Shown here: piece by piece, positions 9,878-18,659 of the stretch | Layout of the letters: each line of letters begins with the position of its first letter | Numbering within the stretch: the stretch's first letter is position 1 | Origin: Candidatus Methylomirabilia bacterium | GTDB taxonomy: Bacteria; Methylomirabilota; Methylomirabilia; Rokubacteriales; CSP1-6 | DNA: 64,000 nt | Direction of reading: 5' to 3' | NCBI GenBank assembly: GCA_046758965.1 | Contig: JBHIBG010000007.1 | Span: 5,276-69,275 of the forward strand | The notes under the pieces: generated by a model | What the model was told of the DNA's origin: nothing | The model's database searches: none | Seen by the model: only the letters and a program-made list of their open reading frames with translations | Program-made: the position numbers and the translations under genes

Positions 9878-10717
9878 ATGACCAGGGTGAGCTTGGTGAC
9901 GGTGGTCTTCAACCAGCTCCCGCTGACCCGTCGTTGCCTCGAAAGCCTCCGTCCCACCACAATCCCCTTCGACCTCGTGGCGGTCGACAATGGCTCCACG
10001 GACGGAACCCGAGAGTTCTTCCAGTCGCTCCGTCATCCCTCCTCCGTCAGCTACCACCGGAACACGGAGAACCTGGGCCTGATCAAGGCCCTGAATCAGG
10101 GTTGGCGACTGGCCCGCGGGGAGTTCGTCTGCTTCCTTCACAACGACACAGAGGTCCGGGAGCCGCGGTGGCTGGAGCGGCTGGCGCAGGCGCTCGATGC
10201 CGATCCCTCAGTCGGGCTCGCCGGCCTCTACGGGGCGAGGCGGATCCGTGGGGACGGGCGTTATGTCGGCCGGACGATCGTGCACTGCCTGGCGGAGGCT
10301 CCCACGCTCCGGGGCCCGGTGGCCGAGGTGGCGGCGGTGGACGGGGTCTGTCTCTTCCTCCGGCGGGAGCTCTTGGAGCGGCTGGGCGGCTTCGACGAGG
10401 GCTATGGCTTCTTCCACGGCTATGACAAGGACCTCTCGTTCGCGGTGCGCGAGACGGGCCGGCGGTGTGTCGTGGTCAACGCGCCTTTCGTCCACCACGG
10501 CGGTGGGACCAGGACGAATTTCTTCACCGGGCTCGCCCGCGCCGGAGACGACCTCGCCCACCGACAGGAGGCGGGGGCCCGTTTTGCCGGCAAATGGGCC
10601 CACCGGCTCCCGTGTGATGTGAGGAGCCGGCTTGAGCGGGTGCGCGACTGGATTGCAGCCAGGCTCCGGGGCGGCGGAGCGGCATCTCTGGCCGCTTCCT
10701 CCCCCGAGCCCCGATGA
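9878..10717 (+). CDS. Family 2 glycosyltransferase.
   Basis: SLVTVVFNQ...VAVDNGSTDGT, a DxD-type context, and typical GT2 length after the internal ATG. The upstream part of ORF 9743..10717 is Arg-rich junk. Confidence 0.75.
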   Translation: MTRVSLVTVVFNQLPLTRRCLESLRPTTIPFDLVAVDNGSTDGTREFFQSLRHPSSVSYHRNTENLGLIKALNQGWRLARGEFVCFLHNDTEVREPRWLERLAQALDADPSVGLAGLYGARRIRGDGRYVGRTIVHCLAEAPTLRGPVAEVAAVDGVCLFLRRELLERLGGFDEGYGFFHGYDKDLSFAVRETGRRCVVVNAPFVHHGGGTRTNFFTGLARAGDDLAHRQEAGARFAGKWAHRLPCDVRSRLERVRDWIAARLRGGGAASLAASSPEPR

Positions 10718-11892
10718 GCGACGAGCAGATGGATAAGGTCAGGATCGGCATGGTCGGCACCGGCTTTGCCGCGGATCTCCACGCGGGGAACTACCGGTTC
10801 CTCCGCGGGCAAAAGGTCGAGCTGACCGCCGTGTGCGGCCGGGCCCGGGAGTCGACCGACCGCTTCGCCGAGCGCTTCAAGATTCCCCGGGTCTTCACGG
10901 ACTACCGCGCGCTGGCCGAGTGTTCCGAGGTGGACTGCGTGGACATCTGTGTCCCCACGGCGCTGCATCATGAGGTGGCGATCGCGGCCGCCGCGGCCGG
11001 CAAGCATCTCATCGTCGAGAAGCCGCTGACAGGCTACTTCGGCGAGGGCGACGAGCCGAGGGAGCGGATGCTGGAGGGTGCCCTCAAGAATGCTGATGCG
11101 GTCTTGGACGCCGTCAAACGGGCCGGGGTGACCCTCTGCTACGCCGAGGACTTCGTCTATGCGCCCGCCGTGGGGAAGCTCAAGCGTCTGATCGCTGCCA
11201 GCGGGGGGACGGTCCTCGAGCTCCGAGCGGAGGAGAGCCATTCCGGCTCTCACGCGACTTACTCAGGGCGCTGGAAGACCTCTGGCGGCGGCTCCTTGCT
11301 GAGGATGGGGTCCCATCCGGTCGGGGTGGTCCTTCACCTCAAGCACTACGAAGGGCAGCTCAGAGAAGGCCGACCGATCCGGGCCCGATCTGTCCTGGCG
11401 GATGTGGGCCAGCTCACCCGGCTCCCTCGAGTGGCTGCCGAGCCCCGGAAGTGGATGCGCTCCGAGTGGGTGGACGTGGAGGACTGGTCCACCGCGGTGA
11501 TCACCTTTGAGGACGGGACCAAAGCCACCATCCGGGCGAGTGACATCACCCTCGGCGGGATCAGGAACCAGCTGACGGCCTACCTCACCAACGCGGTGGT
11601 CGAGGTCAACATCAACCCCAATACGGCCATTCAGGCGTACACGCCCGATCCGGCCATCTTCAGGGACGAGTATCTCACCGAGAAGGTGGAGACCAAAGCG
11701 GGCTGGCAGTTTCCCAGCCCCGAGGAGGAATGGATGCGCGGCTTCCCCCAGGAGCTGGAGGACTTCGTGGATGCTCTTCGACAAGGCCGGGAGCCAGTCT
11801 CGGGCGCAGAGCTGGCTCGCGAAGTGGTCGAGGTGATCTACGCCGGTTACCTCTCAGCCGCCACCGCGCGCGGGGTCGATCTCTCGTGGTGA
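10714..11892 (+). CDS. Gfo/Idh/MocA family NAD(P)-dependent oxidoreductase.
   Basis: N-terminal Rossmann segment IGMVGTGFAADLHAGNY and the fold-typical EKPL motif (IVEKPLTG). The ATGA overlap with the GT2 stop suggests coupling. Confidence 0.85.
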   Translation: MSDEQMDKVRIGMVGTGFAADLHAGNYRFLRGQKVELTAVCGRARESTDRFAERFKIPRVFTDYRALAECSEVDCVDICVPTALHHEVAIAAAAAGKHLIVEKPLTGYFGEGDEPRERMLEGALKNADAVLDAVKRAGVTLCYAEDFVYAPAVGKLKRLIAASGGTVLELRAEESHSGSHATYSGRWKTSGGGSLLRMGSHPVGVVLHLKHYEGQLREGRPIRARSVLADVGQLTRLPRVAAEPRKWMRSEWVDVEDWSTAVITFEDGTKATIRASDITLGGIRNQLTAYLTNAVVEVNINPNTAIQAYTPDPAIFRDEYLTEKVETKAGWQFPSPEEEWMRGFPQELEDFVDALRQGREPVSGAELAREVVEVIYAGYLSAATARGVDLSW

Positions 11893-12764
11893 TTCCTTTC
11901 GTCAAGGGCCACGGCCTCGGCAACGATTACCTCGTGCTCCAGGGGAAGGACCTCGACTTCCGGCTGACCCCGGTCGCGGTTCAGCGCCTCTGCCACCGGA
12001 ACTGGGGGATCGGGTCCGACGGTCTCCTGCTCCTGGTGGAGTCGGCGAAGGCGGACTTCGGTCTCAGGATCTTCAACCCGGATGGCAGCGAGGCCGAAAA
12101 GTCCGGCAACGGCCTCAGGATCTTTGCAAAGTACCTGTACGAGCACGGGCAGGCCAAGGGCCGCGTGTTTCGCGTGGAGACGCGGGGCGGCGTCGTGGGG
12201 TGCGAGTGTCACCTTGCCGGGGGCCGGGTTGACTCCGTCACGGTGGAGATGGGCCAGGCCACCTTCCGCGCGCCCGACATCCCCATGTACGGCCCCGACC
12301 GCGAGGTGGTCGCGGTCCCGCTGCAGGTCAACGACCACTTTTTCCGGGTGACCGCGCTGTCAGTGGGCAATCCGCACTGCGTGATCTTCTGCGAGAGACT
12401 CGATGAGGCGGAGGTCAGAGGCTTCGGCCCGCTGATCGAACATCACGCGGCCTTTCCGAATCGGACCAACGTCCAGTTCGCCCGCATCGAGGGGAGAGAT
12501 CGGGTGTCGATCCTGATCTGGGAGCGTGGAGCCGGCTACACTCTGGCCTCGGGCTCCTCCTCGTGTGCGGTGGCCTCGGCGGCCGTGAAGAACGGACTCT
12601 GCGACCACGGGCCGGTCACGGTTGTGATGCCAGGGGGGGAGCTCGTCATCGAGGTGCGTCCCGACTGGTCACTCCGTCTTCAGGGGCCGGTGGAGGAGGT
12701 CTGCGTGGGTACGCTCTCCCCGGATCTCGTGGCCGCGCTCAAGGGGGGCATGCCGATCCCCTGA
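11889..12764 (+). CDS. dapF: Diaminopimelate epimerase.
   Basis: N-terminal FVKGHGLGNDYLVL, which is the F-x-K-M-H-G-x-G-N-D family signature. Both catalytic Cys regions are present (GNPHCVIF and SGSSSCAVA). The GTG start overlaps the upstream stop. Confidence 0.85.
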   Translation: MIPFVKGHGLGNDYLVLQGKDLDFRLTPVAVQRLCHRNWGIGSDGLLLLVESAKADFGLRIFNPDGSEAEKSGNGLRIFAKYLYEHGQAKGRVFRVETRGGVVGCECHLAGGRVDSVTVEMGQATFRAPDIPMYGPDREVVAVPLQVNDHFFRVTALSVGNPHCVIFCERLDEAEVRGFGPLIEHHAAFPNRTNVQFARIEGRDRVSILIWERGAGYTLASGSSSCAVASAAVKNGLCDHGPVTVVMPGGELVIEVRPDWSLRLQGPVEEVCVGTLSPDLVAALKGGMPIP

Positions 12765-12859
12765 GAGTCACGCACGCGTCGTCACGCCGTCGCGGTCCTT
12801 TCAAGGTTCCGGCTCTTGCGCAGCCGTGTGGCGGGCGGTCCCTCGCGCTGAGAGGCGTC

Positions 12860-14251
12860 TCAGAGCCCGGATTTGTCGGCAAGCGCCAGGGCGGCTTCGG
12901 CGAGGGCCTCGACACGAGGGCCAAAGCCGGCGAATCGCTCGTCCCGGGTCTGGCCGCGCTTGTACCGGATGTAGATCTGCTGGACTACCACCGCGATCTT
13001 GTAGAGGGCAAAGATCTCGTAGAAGGCGATCCTGGAGATGTCACGCCCCGTCTTCTCCGCGTACCGCCGAATGATCTGCGCTCGCGTGTACCACCCGGGC
13101 TGGGCGGTGACCTGGGCTATCGACTCCTTCCGGGCGTACGGGTCTCCCTCTTCAGCCCAGTAGCAGAGGAGAAGCCCGAGGTCCACCAGGGGATCCCCGA
13201 GAGTGCACATCTCCCAGTCCAGCACCGCGATCAGCCGGCCCGGATCCGCAGGGTCCAGCATCACGTTGTCCAGCTTGAAGTCGCCGTGGACCAACGCGGC
13301 CCCAGGCGGCTCAGGGATTCGCTCGGCGAGCCATCGGGCGAGTTGGCTAATGGTGGGCAGCTCGCGGTCCTTCGCGCGCTCCCAGCGCTCCACCCACCCC
13401 TTAACCTGTCGCTCCACGAAGCCCTCCGGTTTTCCCAGGGTCGCGAGCCCGGCGGCCACGTAGTCCACCGCGTGAAGCGCGACCAGCGTGTCCACCATCG
13501 CCTCGCTAACGCGGCGGCGGATCTCGAGAGCGCCTCCCCACTCAGCCGGCTCCTCCCGGCGCACCACGAGCCCCCGCCGTCGCTCCATCACGTAGAACGG
13601 GACGCCGATGACCGAGGGATCCTCGCAGAGCAGGTAGGGGCGCGGGGCAGGAGGGAACACGCGCCAGAGCCCGCCGAGGACCCGGTACTCCCGGCCCATG
13701 TCATGGGCCTTGGGGGCGACAGGGCCGAGCGGAGGCCGACGTATAACGAACTCCTGATCCCCGTAGCGAAGGAGGTAGGTGAGGTTCGAGTGGCCTCCCG
13801 GAAACTGCTCCACCACGAGTGGGCCCGTGGCCCCCTGGAGGCGGTCGCGCAGATAGCGGTCGAGGGCCGAGACGTCGAACCGCTCGTCAGGGCGGACGGG
13901 GGCCGTATCTTCGCTCGGAGGGGGGCTCGGCCCCCCTGCCGAACCTCCGCCCAGGGTGGCGCGGTCGAAGCTTGCGCCCGAACCGGCGGGCGTGGGGCTT
14001 CCCTCGACGGGGCTCGCAATGTGCTGGTCGGCGTGGGTGTTATCCAATCCTAGAACCGGCTCGCGAAGGCGGAGATCGACCTCCGCCGGTCCATCTTGCA
14101 GGCGGCGTGCATACGATGGATTATACGGCGGCTCTCGACAATCACAACCCATTAAGTCGCACGCTCTAGAAAACGGCGTGGGTGGGCGTGGCGGCTCTCC
14201 GGAGCAGCAGCGGTTGCCGGCGAGTGAAGACCCGGAAGGATAACCGCGCAA
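12860..14251 (-). CDS. Phosphotransferase (APH/ChoK-like kinase) family protein.
   Basis: Brenner/catalytic motif [13 protein letters not shown] and the downstream DWE motif. The homologous region begins near [12 protein letters not shown]. The N-terminal roughly 100 aa are Pro/Gly/Ser-rich low complexity, so the true start is uncertain. Confidence 0.7.
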   Translation of the reverse strand: MRGYPSGSSLAGNRCCSGEPPRPPTPFSRACDLMGCDCREPPYNPSYARRLQDGPAEVDLRLREPVLGLDNTHADQHIASPVEGSPTPAGSGASFDRATLGGGSAGGPSPPPSEDTAPVRPDERFDVSALDRYLRDRLQGATGPLVVEQFPGGHSNLTYLLRYGDQEFVIRRPPLGPVAPKAHDMGREYRVLGGLWRVFPPAPRPYLLCEDPSVIGVPFYVMERRRGLVVRREEPAEWGGALEIRRRVSEAMVDTLVALHAVDYVAAGLATLGKPEGFVERQVKGWVERWERAKDRELPTISQLARWLAERIPEPPGAALVHGDFKLDNVMLDPADPGRLIAVLDWEMCTLGDPLVDLGLLLCYWAEEGDPYARKESIAQVTAQPGWYTRAQIIRRYAEKTGRDISRIAFYEIFALYKIAVVVQQIYIRYKRGQTRDERFAGFGPRVEALAEAALALADKSGL

Positions 14252-14305
14252 GAGACTTGACCCCCCTTGGAAACGGGAGAATCATGGTGTACAGGAGGCT
14301 TGCCG

Positions 14306-15280
14306 ATGATCGGCGAGACAGCCCTCACGATTCGCGCGCGCGAGTTCGAGCCGGCCTACCTCCGGCTCCCGCCGGGGGAGATCGGGCGGCGGGCGGAGGA
14401 GGCCATTGCCGCGCTCGGCTCCTGCCAGGTCTGCCCCCGCAACTGCCGGGTGGACCGCCTCCATGGCAAAGCCGCGGTCTGTAAGTCCGGGCGGCACGCG
14501 GTCGTGGCCTCGCACTTCCCTCACTTCGGGGAGGAGGACTGCCTCCGCGGCTGGAACGGCTCGGGGACCATTTTCTTCTCCTGGTGCAACCTCCGCTGCG
14601 TCTCGTGTCAGAACTTCGACATCAGCCAGAAGGGCGAGGGCGAGCCCGTGGCGCCCGAGCGGCTGGCCGAGATGATGCTGCAGCTCCAGGCCCGCGGCTG
14701 CCACAACATCAACTTCGTGACACCGGAGCACGTGGTACCGCAGATCCTTGAAGCCCTCCTGTTCGCCATCCGCAACGGGCTCAGGCTCCCGATCGTCTAC
14801 AACACCAGCGCCTATGACAGCCTGGAGAGCCTCCGGTGGATGGACGGGATCGTGGACATCTACATGCCAGACTTCAAGGTCTGGAACGGCCAGGTGGCCA
14901 AGCGCTTCTTGAAGGCTCCGGACTATCCTGAGGCGGCGCGAGCCGCGATCCGGGAGATGCACCGGCAGGTCGGCGCGCTCGTCATGGACGAGGATGGCAT
15001 GGCCAAACGGGGAGTGCTGGTCCGTCACCTCGTGATGCCGGGGATGCTGGAGGAGACCCGGCAGATCATGGCATGGTTGGCCCGGGAGCTCTCCCCCGAC
15101 ACATACGTCAACGTGATGGGGCAGTACTCCCCAGCCGGGGCGGTCTCTTCGGAGAAGTACGCAGAGATCAACCGGAAACTCTTCCGGGACGAGTACGAGG
15201 AAGCTGTCAGGATTGCTCGTCAGGCCGGGCTCTGGCGCCTGGATGAGCGCGGCCCGCGCCTCCGCCCGCTGTGGGGGTGA
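14306..15280 (+). CDS. Radical SAM protein, PflX-like (COG1313; homologue of pyruvate formate-lyase activating enzymes).
   Basis: N-terminal Cys cluster CQVCPRNC and radical SAM CNLRCVSCQN (CxxxCxxC). RBS GGAGG lies 9 nt before ATG 14306, which is the inner start of ORF 14267..15280. Confidence 0.75.
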   Translation: MIGETALTIRAREFEPAYLRLPPGEIGRRAEEAIAALGSCQVCPRNCRVDRLHGKAAVCKSGRHAVVASHFPHFGEEDCLRGWNGSGTIFFSWCNLRCVSCQNFDISQKGEGEPVAPERLAEMMLQLQARGCHNINFVTPEHVVPQILEALLFAIRNGLRLPIVYNTSAYDSLESLRWMDGIVDIYMPDFKVWNGQVAKRFLKAPDYPEAARAAIREMHRQVGALVMDEDGMAKRGVLVRHLVMPGMLEETRQIMAWLARELSPDTYVNVMGQYSPAGAVSSEKYAEINRKLFRDEYEEAVRIARQAGLWRLDERGPRLRPLWG

Positions 15281-15334
15281 CGGCGAGCAGGGGCAGTATC
15301 AAAATCTGGACGTGGACAGACGCGGGTCGCAGGG

Positions 15335-15514
15335 TCAGGATGATCTTGATGGAGAGCGGTCAATGGACGTGACCCACGTGATCGTCATACCGTACAGCGC
15401 ATGGACCGAGCCCATCTTGCCCTGGACGTACGCGGGGGTTCGGATCTGTCCGGCTGGGGGTTCCGCTCGGGCCCTGACGCGGTCCCCGGGCTGAAACTTG
15501 GCTGCCGGCGTCAT
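15335..15514 (-). CDS. Nitrile hydratase beta-subunit-like protein, C-terminal SH3-like half.
   Basis: FQPGDRVRAR...AGQIRTPAYVQGKMGSVHALYG matches the NHase beta C-terminal barrel (FKPGD.VRV...GHTR.P.YVRGK.G.I). The ATG at 15514 overlaps the TGA of the N-terminal half (ATGA). Confidence 0.55.
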   Translation of the reverse strand: MTPAAKFQPGDRVRARAEPPAGQIRTPAYVQGKMGSVHALYGMTITWVTSIDRSPSRSS

Positions 15515-15816
15515 CTCCGGGCCTCGATTCCCTGCAGTCTCCGGCCGATTTCTTCGCGCGTCAGGATGCCTTTTTCGATCATGAGCGTCTCGACCGCGAG
15601 GAGCCATCGCTCGTAGCACGTGCACGCCGCATACTTCTTCGGCTCGATGCCCTCAATCGCCCGGCGCAGCTCGTCTACCCGCATCACCCGCTTGTCCGGA
15701 CTCGAGAGGAGCGTGACGATCGCGTCGATCCGCTTTTCCCACCGGGACAGCTCGTGTTCGGCTCTGTCGACGGGCCCGGCGCCGGGCCATCCGCCCCGAT
15801 CATGCACTCGTGGCAT
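15511..15816 (-). CDS. Nitrile hydratase beta-subunit-like protein, N-terminal-domain half.
   Basis: MPRVHDRGGWPGAGPV... and YERWLLAVETLMIEKGILTREEI match the NHase beta N-domain (MNGVHD.GG...; YYEHWL.A.E.LL.EKG.IT..EL). The stop overlaps the next ORF's ATG. Confidence 0.6.
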   Translation of the reverse strand: MPRVHDRGGWPGAGPVDRAEHELSRWEKRIDAIVTLLSSPDKRVMRVDELRRAIEGIEPKKYAACTCYERWLLAVETLMIEKGILTREEIGRRLQGIEARR

Positions 15817-15911
15817 CGCGGGCTCCTTGTCTCCGCCTGATCTGCCTCACGTCGCGGACAGGCCGATCGTATGGCACTGGCTGCCGAAGTCAAGAACGGC
15901 GCCGTGTCCTG

Positions 15912-16676
15912 TCAGCTCATGAGCTCCATGAGTCGTCGGGCGTTCTGGACCGCGAAGGCGGCCTGGTCGTTGTTGAAGTAGATATAGACGTCCCGCCGGG
16001 TCTCGAGCCAGCTTCTGAGCCGCGTTGCATCGCCCCTCAGCATCCCATCCGGATAGGAGCCACCGTAGCGAACCCCAGTCCCGTGGCGGCGGAGGTAGAC
16101 GAAGTCGGCGGTCACGGGATCCTCGACCGGAAGCTCGTGCCAATCAGCCAGGCACAAGGCCATGTTCGCCTCGCTGAGGCGGTCAAAGATTCCGGGCTCC
16201 AGCCACGAGGGATGGCGCACCTCGAGGACGGCTCGCAGCCCAGGCACCGTCCTCTGCTTGTCGAGCCAGGCGCAGAGCGCGTTCAGCCGGTTGATATCGA
16301 CCTTGAAATTCCCCGGAAGCTGGAAGAGGATCGGGCCGAGACTGGGGCCGAGGCGCTTTGCGCGCGTGAGAAAGGTGCGGAGTGGTTGGCCGACATCCTT
16401 GAGCCGCTTCACATGGGTGATGTAGCGACTGACCTTCACCGCGAAGACAAACCCCTTGGGCACGGCCTGGCGCCACGCCTGGAATCTCTCCGCTTCGGGA
16501 AGGCGGTAGAAGGGGTTGTTCAGCTCCGCCGTGTCGAAGCGCTCGGCGTAGAAGGGGAGCCAGGCGCGCTGGGGGAGTTCGGCCGGGTAGAAGGGGCCGC
16601 GCCAGTGGGGGTAGACGTAGCCGCTGGTGCCGATGAAGACCCGGCCGCCCATCTCAGTTAGGCTAACTTTTCGCAC
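15912..16676 (-). CDS. DUF72 (YecE-like) family protein.
   Basis: FIGTSGYVYPHWRG...FYP...LPFYAERFDTAELNNPFYRLP is the canonical DUF72 N-terminus. The length is about 250 aa. Confidence 0.8.
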   Translation of the reverse strand: MRKVSLTEMGGRVFIGTSGYVYPHWRGPFYPAELPQRAWLPFYAERFDTAELNNPFYRLPEAERFQAWRQAVPKGFVFAVKVSRYITHVKRLKDVGQPLRTFLTRAKRLGPSLGPILFQLPGNFKVDINRLNALCAWLDKQRTVPGLRAVLEVRHPSWLEPGIFDRLSEANMALCLADWHELPVEDPVTADFVYLRRHGTGVRYGGSYPDGMLRGDATRLRSWLETRRDVYIYFNNDQAAFAVQNARRLMELMS

Positions 16677-16720
16677 TCGCTGGGCGTAAGACCGTCATGC
16701 GCACAGGAGGACAGCTCGGC

Positions 16721-18442
16721 TCAGGAACGTGGTCTGTAGGCCCAATTGAGCAACGATTGTACCGGCAGGGTGTTCAGGACCTGGCTGGGTCCGATCCAGG
16801 CACGGCGGGCCATGGCGATCCCCAGGGTGATGCTGTTGAGGTTGTCGAGGTAGTGCGTGTCACTGTTGATGGCGATGGGAACGCCGAGCTCGGATGCCCT
16901 CCGGGCGTGGACATCCTTCAGGTCCAGCCGCTGCCAGGAAGAGTTGATCTCCAGAGCCTTGCCGTGCCTCTTGGCCGCGGTGAAGACCCGGTCGAGGTCC
17001 ACGTCGTAGGGGTCGCGCTCGCCGATGAGCCGACCCGTGGGGTGAACCAGGATGTTCACGTAGGGGTTCTCCAGGGCTTTGACGATCCGGGCCGTCATCT
17101 CCGCTCGGCTCTGCTTGAAGCGCGAGTGAACGGCAGCCAGCACGATATCCAGCTCCTTCAGGACGTCGTCGGGAAAGTCCATGCGGCCGTCAGCGAGGAT
17201 GTCGCACTCGCTGCCCGCCAGGATCCGGATCTTGTGCTTCTTTTGGAGCTCGCGGATCTTCTTGGTCTGCTCTCGGAGCTCTTCCGGGGTGAGCCCGCCG
17301 GCCACGGCGGAGGAGCGGGAGTGGTCGGAGACAATGATGTACTCGTAGCCCCGCGCCTCGGCGGCCTCGATCAGCTTCTCCAGCGGGTGGTGGCCGTCCG
17401 ACCAGTCGGTGTGGGCATGCAGGTCTCCCCGGATCGCGGCGAGGTCAATCGACTCCGGAAGGCTCCCGTCCAGGGCCGCTTCGATTTCCCCGCTGTTCTC
17501 CCTGAGCTCAGGGGGGATCCACGGAAGCCCGACGGCGGCATAGACCTCCTGCTCGGTGGCGCCGGCGATTCGCGTTCCGCTGGTCTCGTCGAAGACCCCG
17601 TACTCGCTGACCTTGAGCCGTTTGCGCGAGGCGATCTCTCGCACCCGGACATTGTGGTCCTTGGACCCGGTGAAGTACTGGAGCGCGGCGCCAAAGGCGC
17701 CCGGCTCGACCACGCGGAGGTCCACCTGGATCCCCTCCTGATGGCGGATCGAAGCCTTTGTATCGTCGTGGACGAGGAGATCCTGCGCCGACGGCAGCGC
17801 GACGAAGGTTCCCAGCACCCGGGCGGGGTCGGTGGAGGTGACCAGGATGTCAATGTCTCCCACGCTCTCCTTCATCCGACGCACCGAGCCCGCAACCTCA
17901 ATCTGGCTCACCCCGCCGTGGGTGGTGAGCGTCTCCGCTAATGAGCGGGCCAGGGCCACGGCCTTGCCCAGGGGCATGCGGCTCTGGCCGGCCTTCCAGG
18001 TCGCGATGGCCTTGAGAATGTTCTCCCGTGTCTTCTCCCGGATCCCGGGCACCGTGAGGATGTCGCCGGAGCGCGTCGCCTGCTCCAGCTTTTCCACGCT
18101 GTCGATCCCGAGCCGATCGTAGAGGAGCTTGGCGGTCTTCGGGCCGAGACCGCGGACCTCCAGCAGAGCGAGGACCCCGCGCGGGACCTCTGTGCGCATC
18201 AGCTCCAGGTCGGCGATCCTCCCCGACCTCAGGTACTCGGTGATCTTGGCGGCGAGGTCTCGGCCGACGCCAGGAATCTTCTCCAGCTCGCCGCGCCGCG
18301 CGACGGCGGCGATCTCCTCGGCGTGGGATTCCAGGTTCTGGGCGGCTCGCTGGTAGGCCCGGACGCGGAAGATATTCTCGCCCTTGATCTCCAGGAGGGC
18401 GGCTGTTTCGTAGAAGAGCTTGGCGATCTCGAAGTTCTTCAT
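16721..18442 (-). CDS. polX: DNA polymerase X family protein with a C-terminal PHP (histidinol-phosphatase-like) domain.
   Basis: N-terminal helix-hairpin-helix (IFRVRAYQRAAQNL; IPGVGRDLAAKITEY). The Pol beta-like palm has GSVRRMKESVGDIDILV. The C-terminal PHP motifs are DLHAHTDWSDG and GYEYIIVSDHS. Confidence 0.85.
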   Translation of the reverse strand: MKNFEIAKLFYETAALLEIKGENIFRVRAYQRAAQNLESHAEEIAAVARRGELEKIPGVGRDLAAKITEYLRSGRIADLELMRTEVPRGVLALLEVRGLGPKTAKLLYDRLGIDSVEKLEQATRSGDILTVPGIREKTRENILKAIATWKAGQSRMPLGKAVALARSLAETLTTHGGVSQIEVAGSVRRMKESVGDIDILVTSTDPARVLGTFVALPSAQDLLVHDDTKASIRHQEGIQVDLRVVEPGAFGAALQYFTGSKDHNVRVREIASRKRLKVSEYGVFDETSGTRIAGATEQEVYAAVGLPWIPPELRENSGEIEAALDGSLPESIDLAAIRGDLHAHTDWSDGHHPLEKLIEAAEARGYEYIIVSDHSRSSAVAGGLTPEELREQTKKIRELQKKHKIRILAGSECDILADGRMDFPDDVLKELDIVLAAVHSRFKQSRAEMTARIVKALENPYVNILVHPTGRLIGERDPYDVDLDRVFTAAKRHGKALEINSSWQRLDLKDVHARRASELGVPIAINSDTHYLDNLNSITLGIAMARRAWIGPSQVLNTLPVQSLLNWAYRPRS

Positions 18443-18547
18443 GCGGATCAGATCATATCATGGCCTCTAGAGCGCTGAGAGGCCGGAGCTCGCCTGCGTG
18501 GCCGGTCGACCCGGGCACGGCGCGAGTGACGCTTGTGCCATCGTTAC

Positions 18548-18575
18548 TTGACATGCCTGACCATCGAGCTATAAC
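18548..18575 (+). promoter_or_regulatory. Sigma70-like promoter candidate (TTGACA-16 nt-TATAAC) reading toward the GT39-like gene.
   Basis: TTGACA lies at 18548-18553 and TATAAC at 18570-18575, with a 16-nt spacer. It sits in the divergent intergenic region between polX (-) and the + strand membrane glycosyltransferase. Confidence 0.35.
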
Positions 18576-18659
18576 GATAGAGCTACAGTGCTGTGCGCCA
18601 TGCGGGTGATGTGCGGTCTTCCCCCAGGGGCTCCCCGTCTCGGCTGGAGCTCAATTGCC

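Noticed and set aside
15280-15912. Nitrile hydratase alpha subunit or activator next to the split beta homologue.
   Set aside because: No frame on either strand contains the CxLCSC metal-binding motif or a P-loop activator. The flanking ORFs are radical SAM and DUF72.
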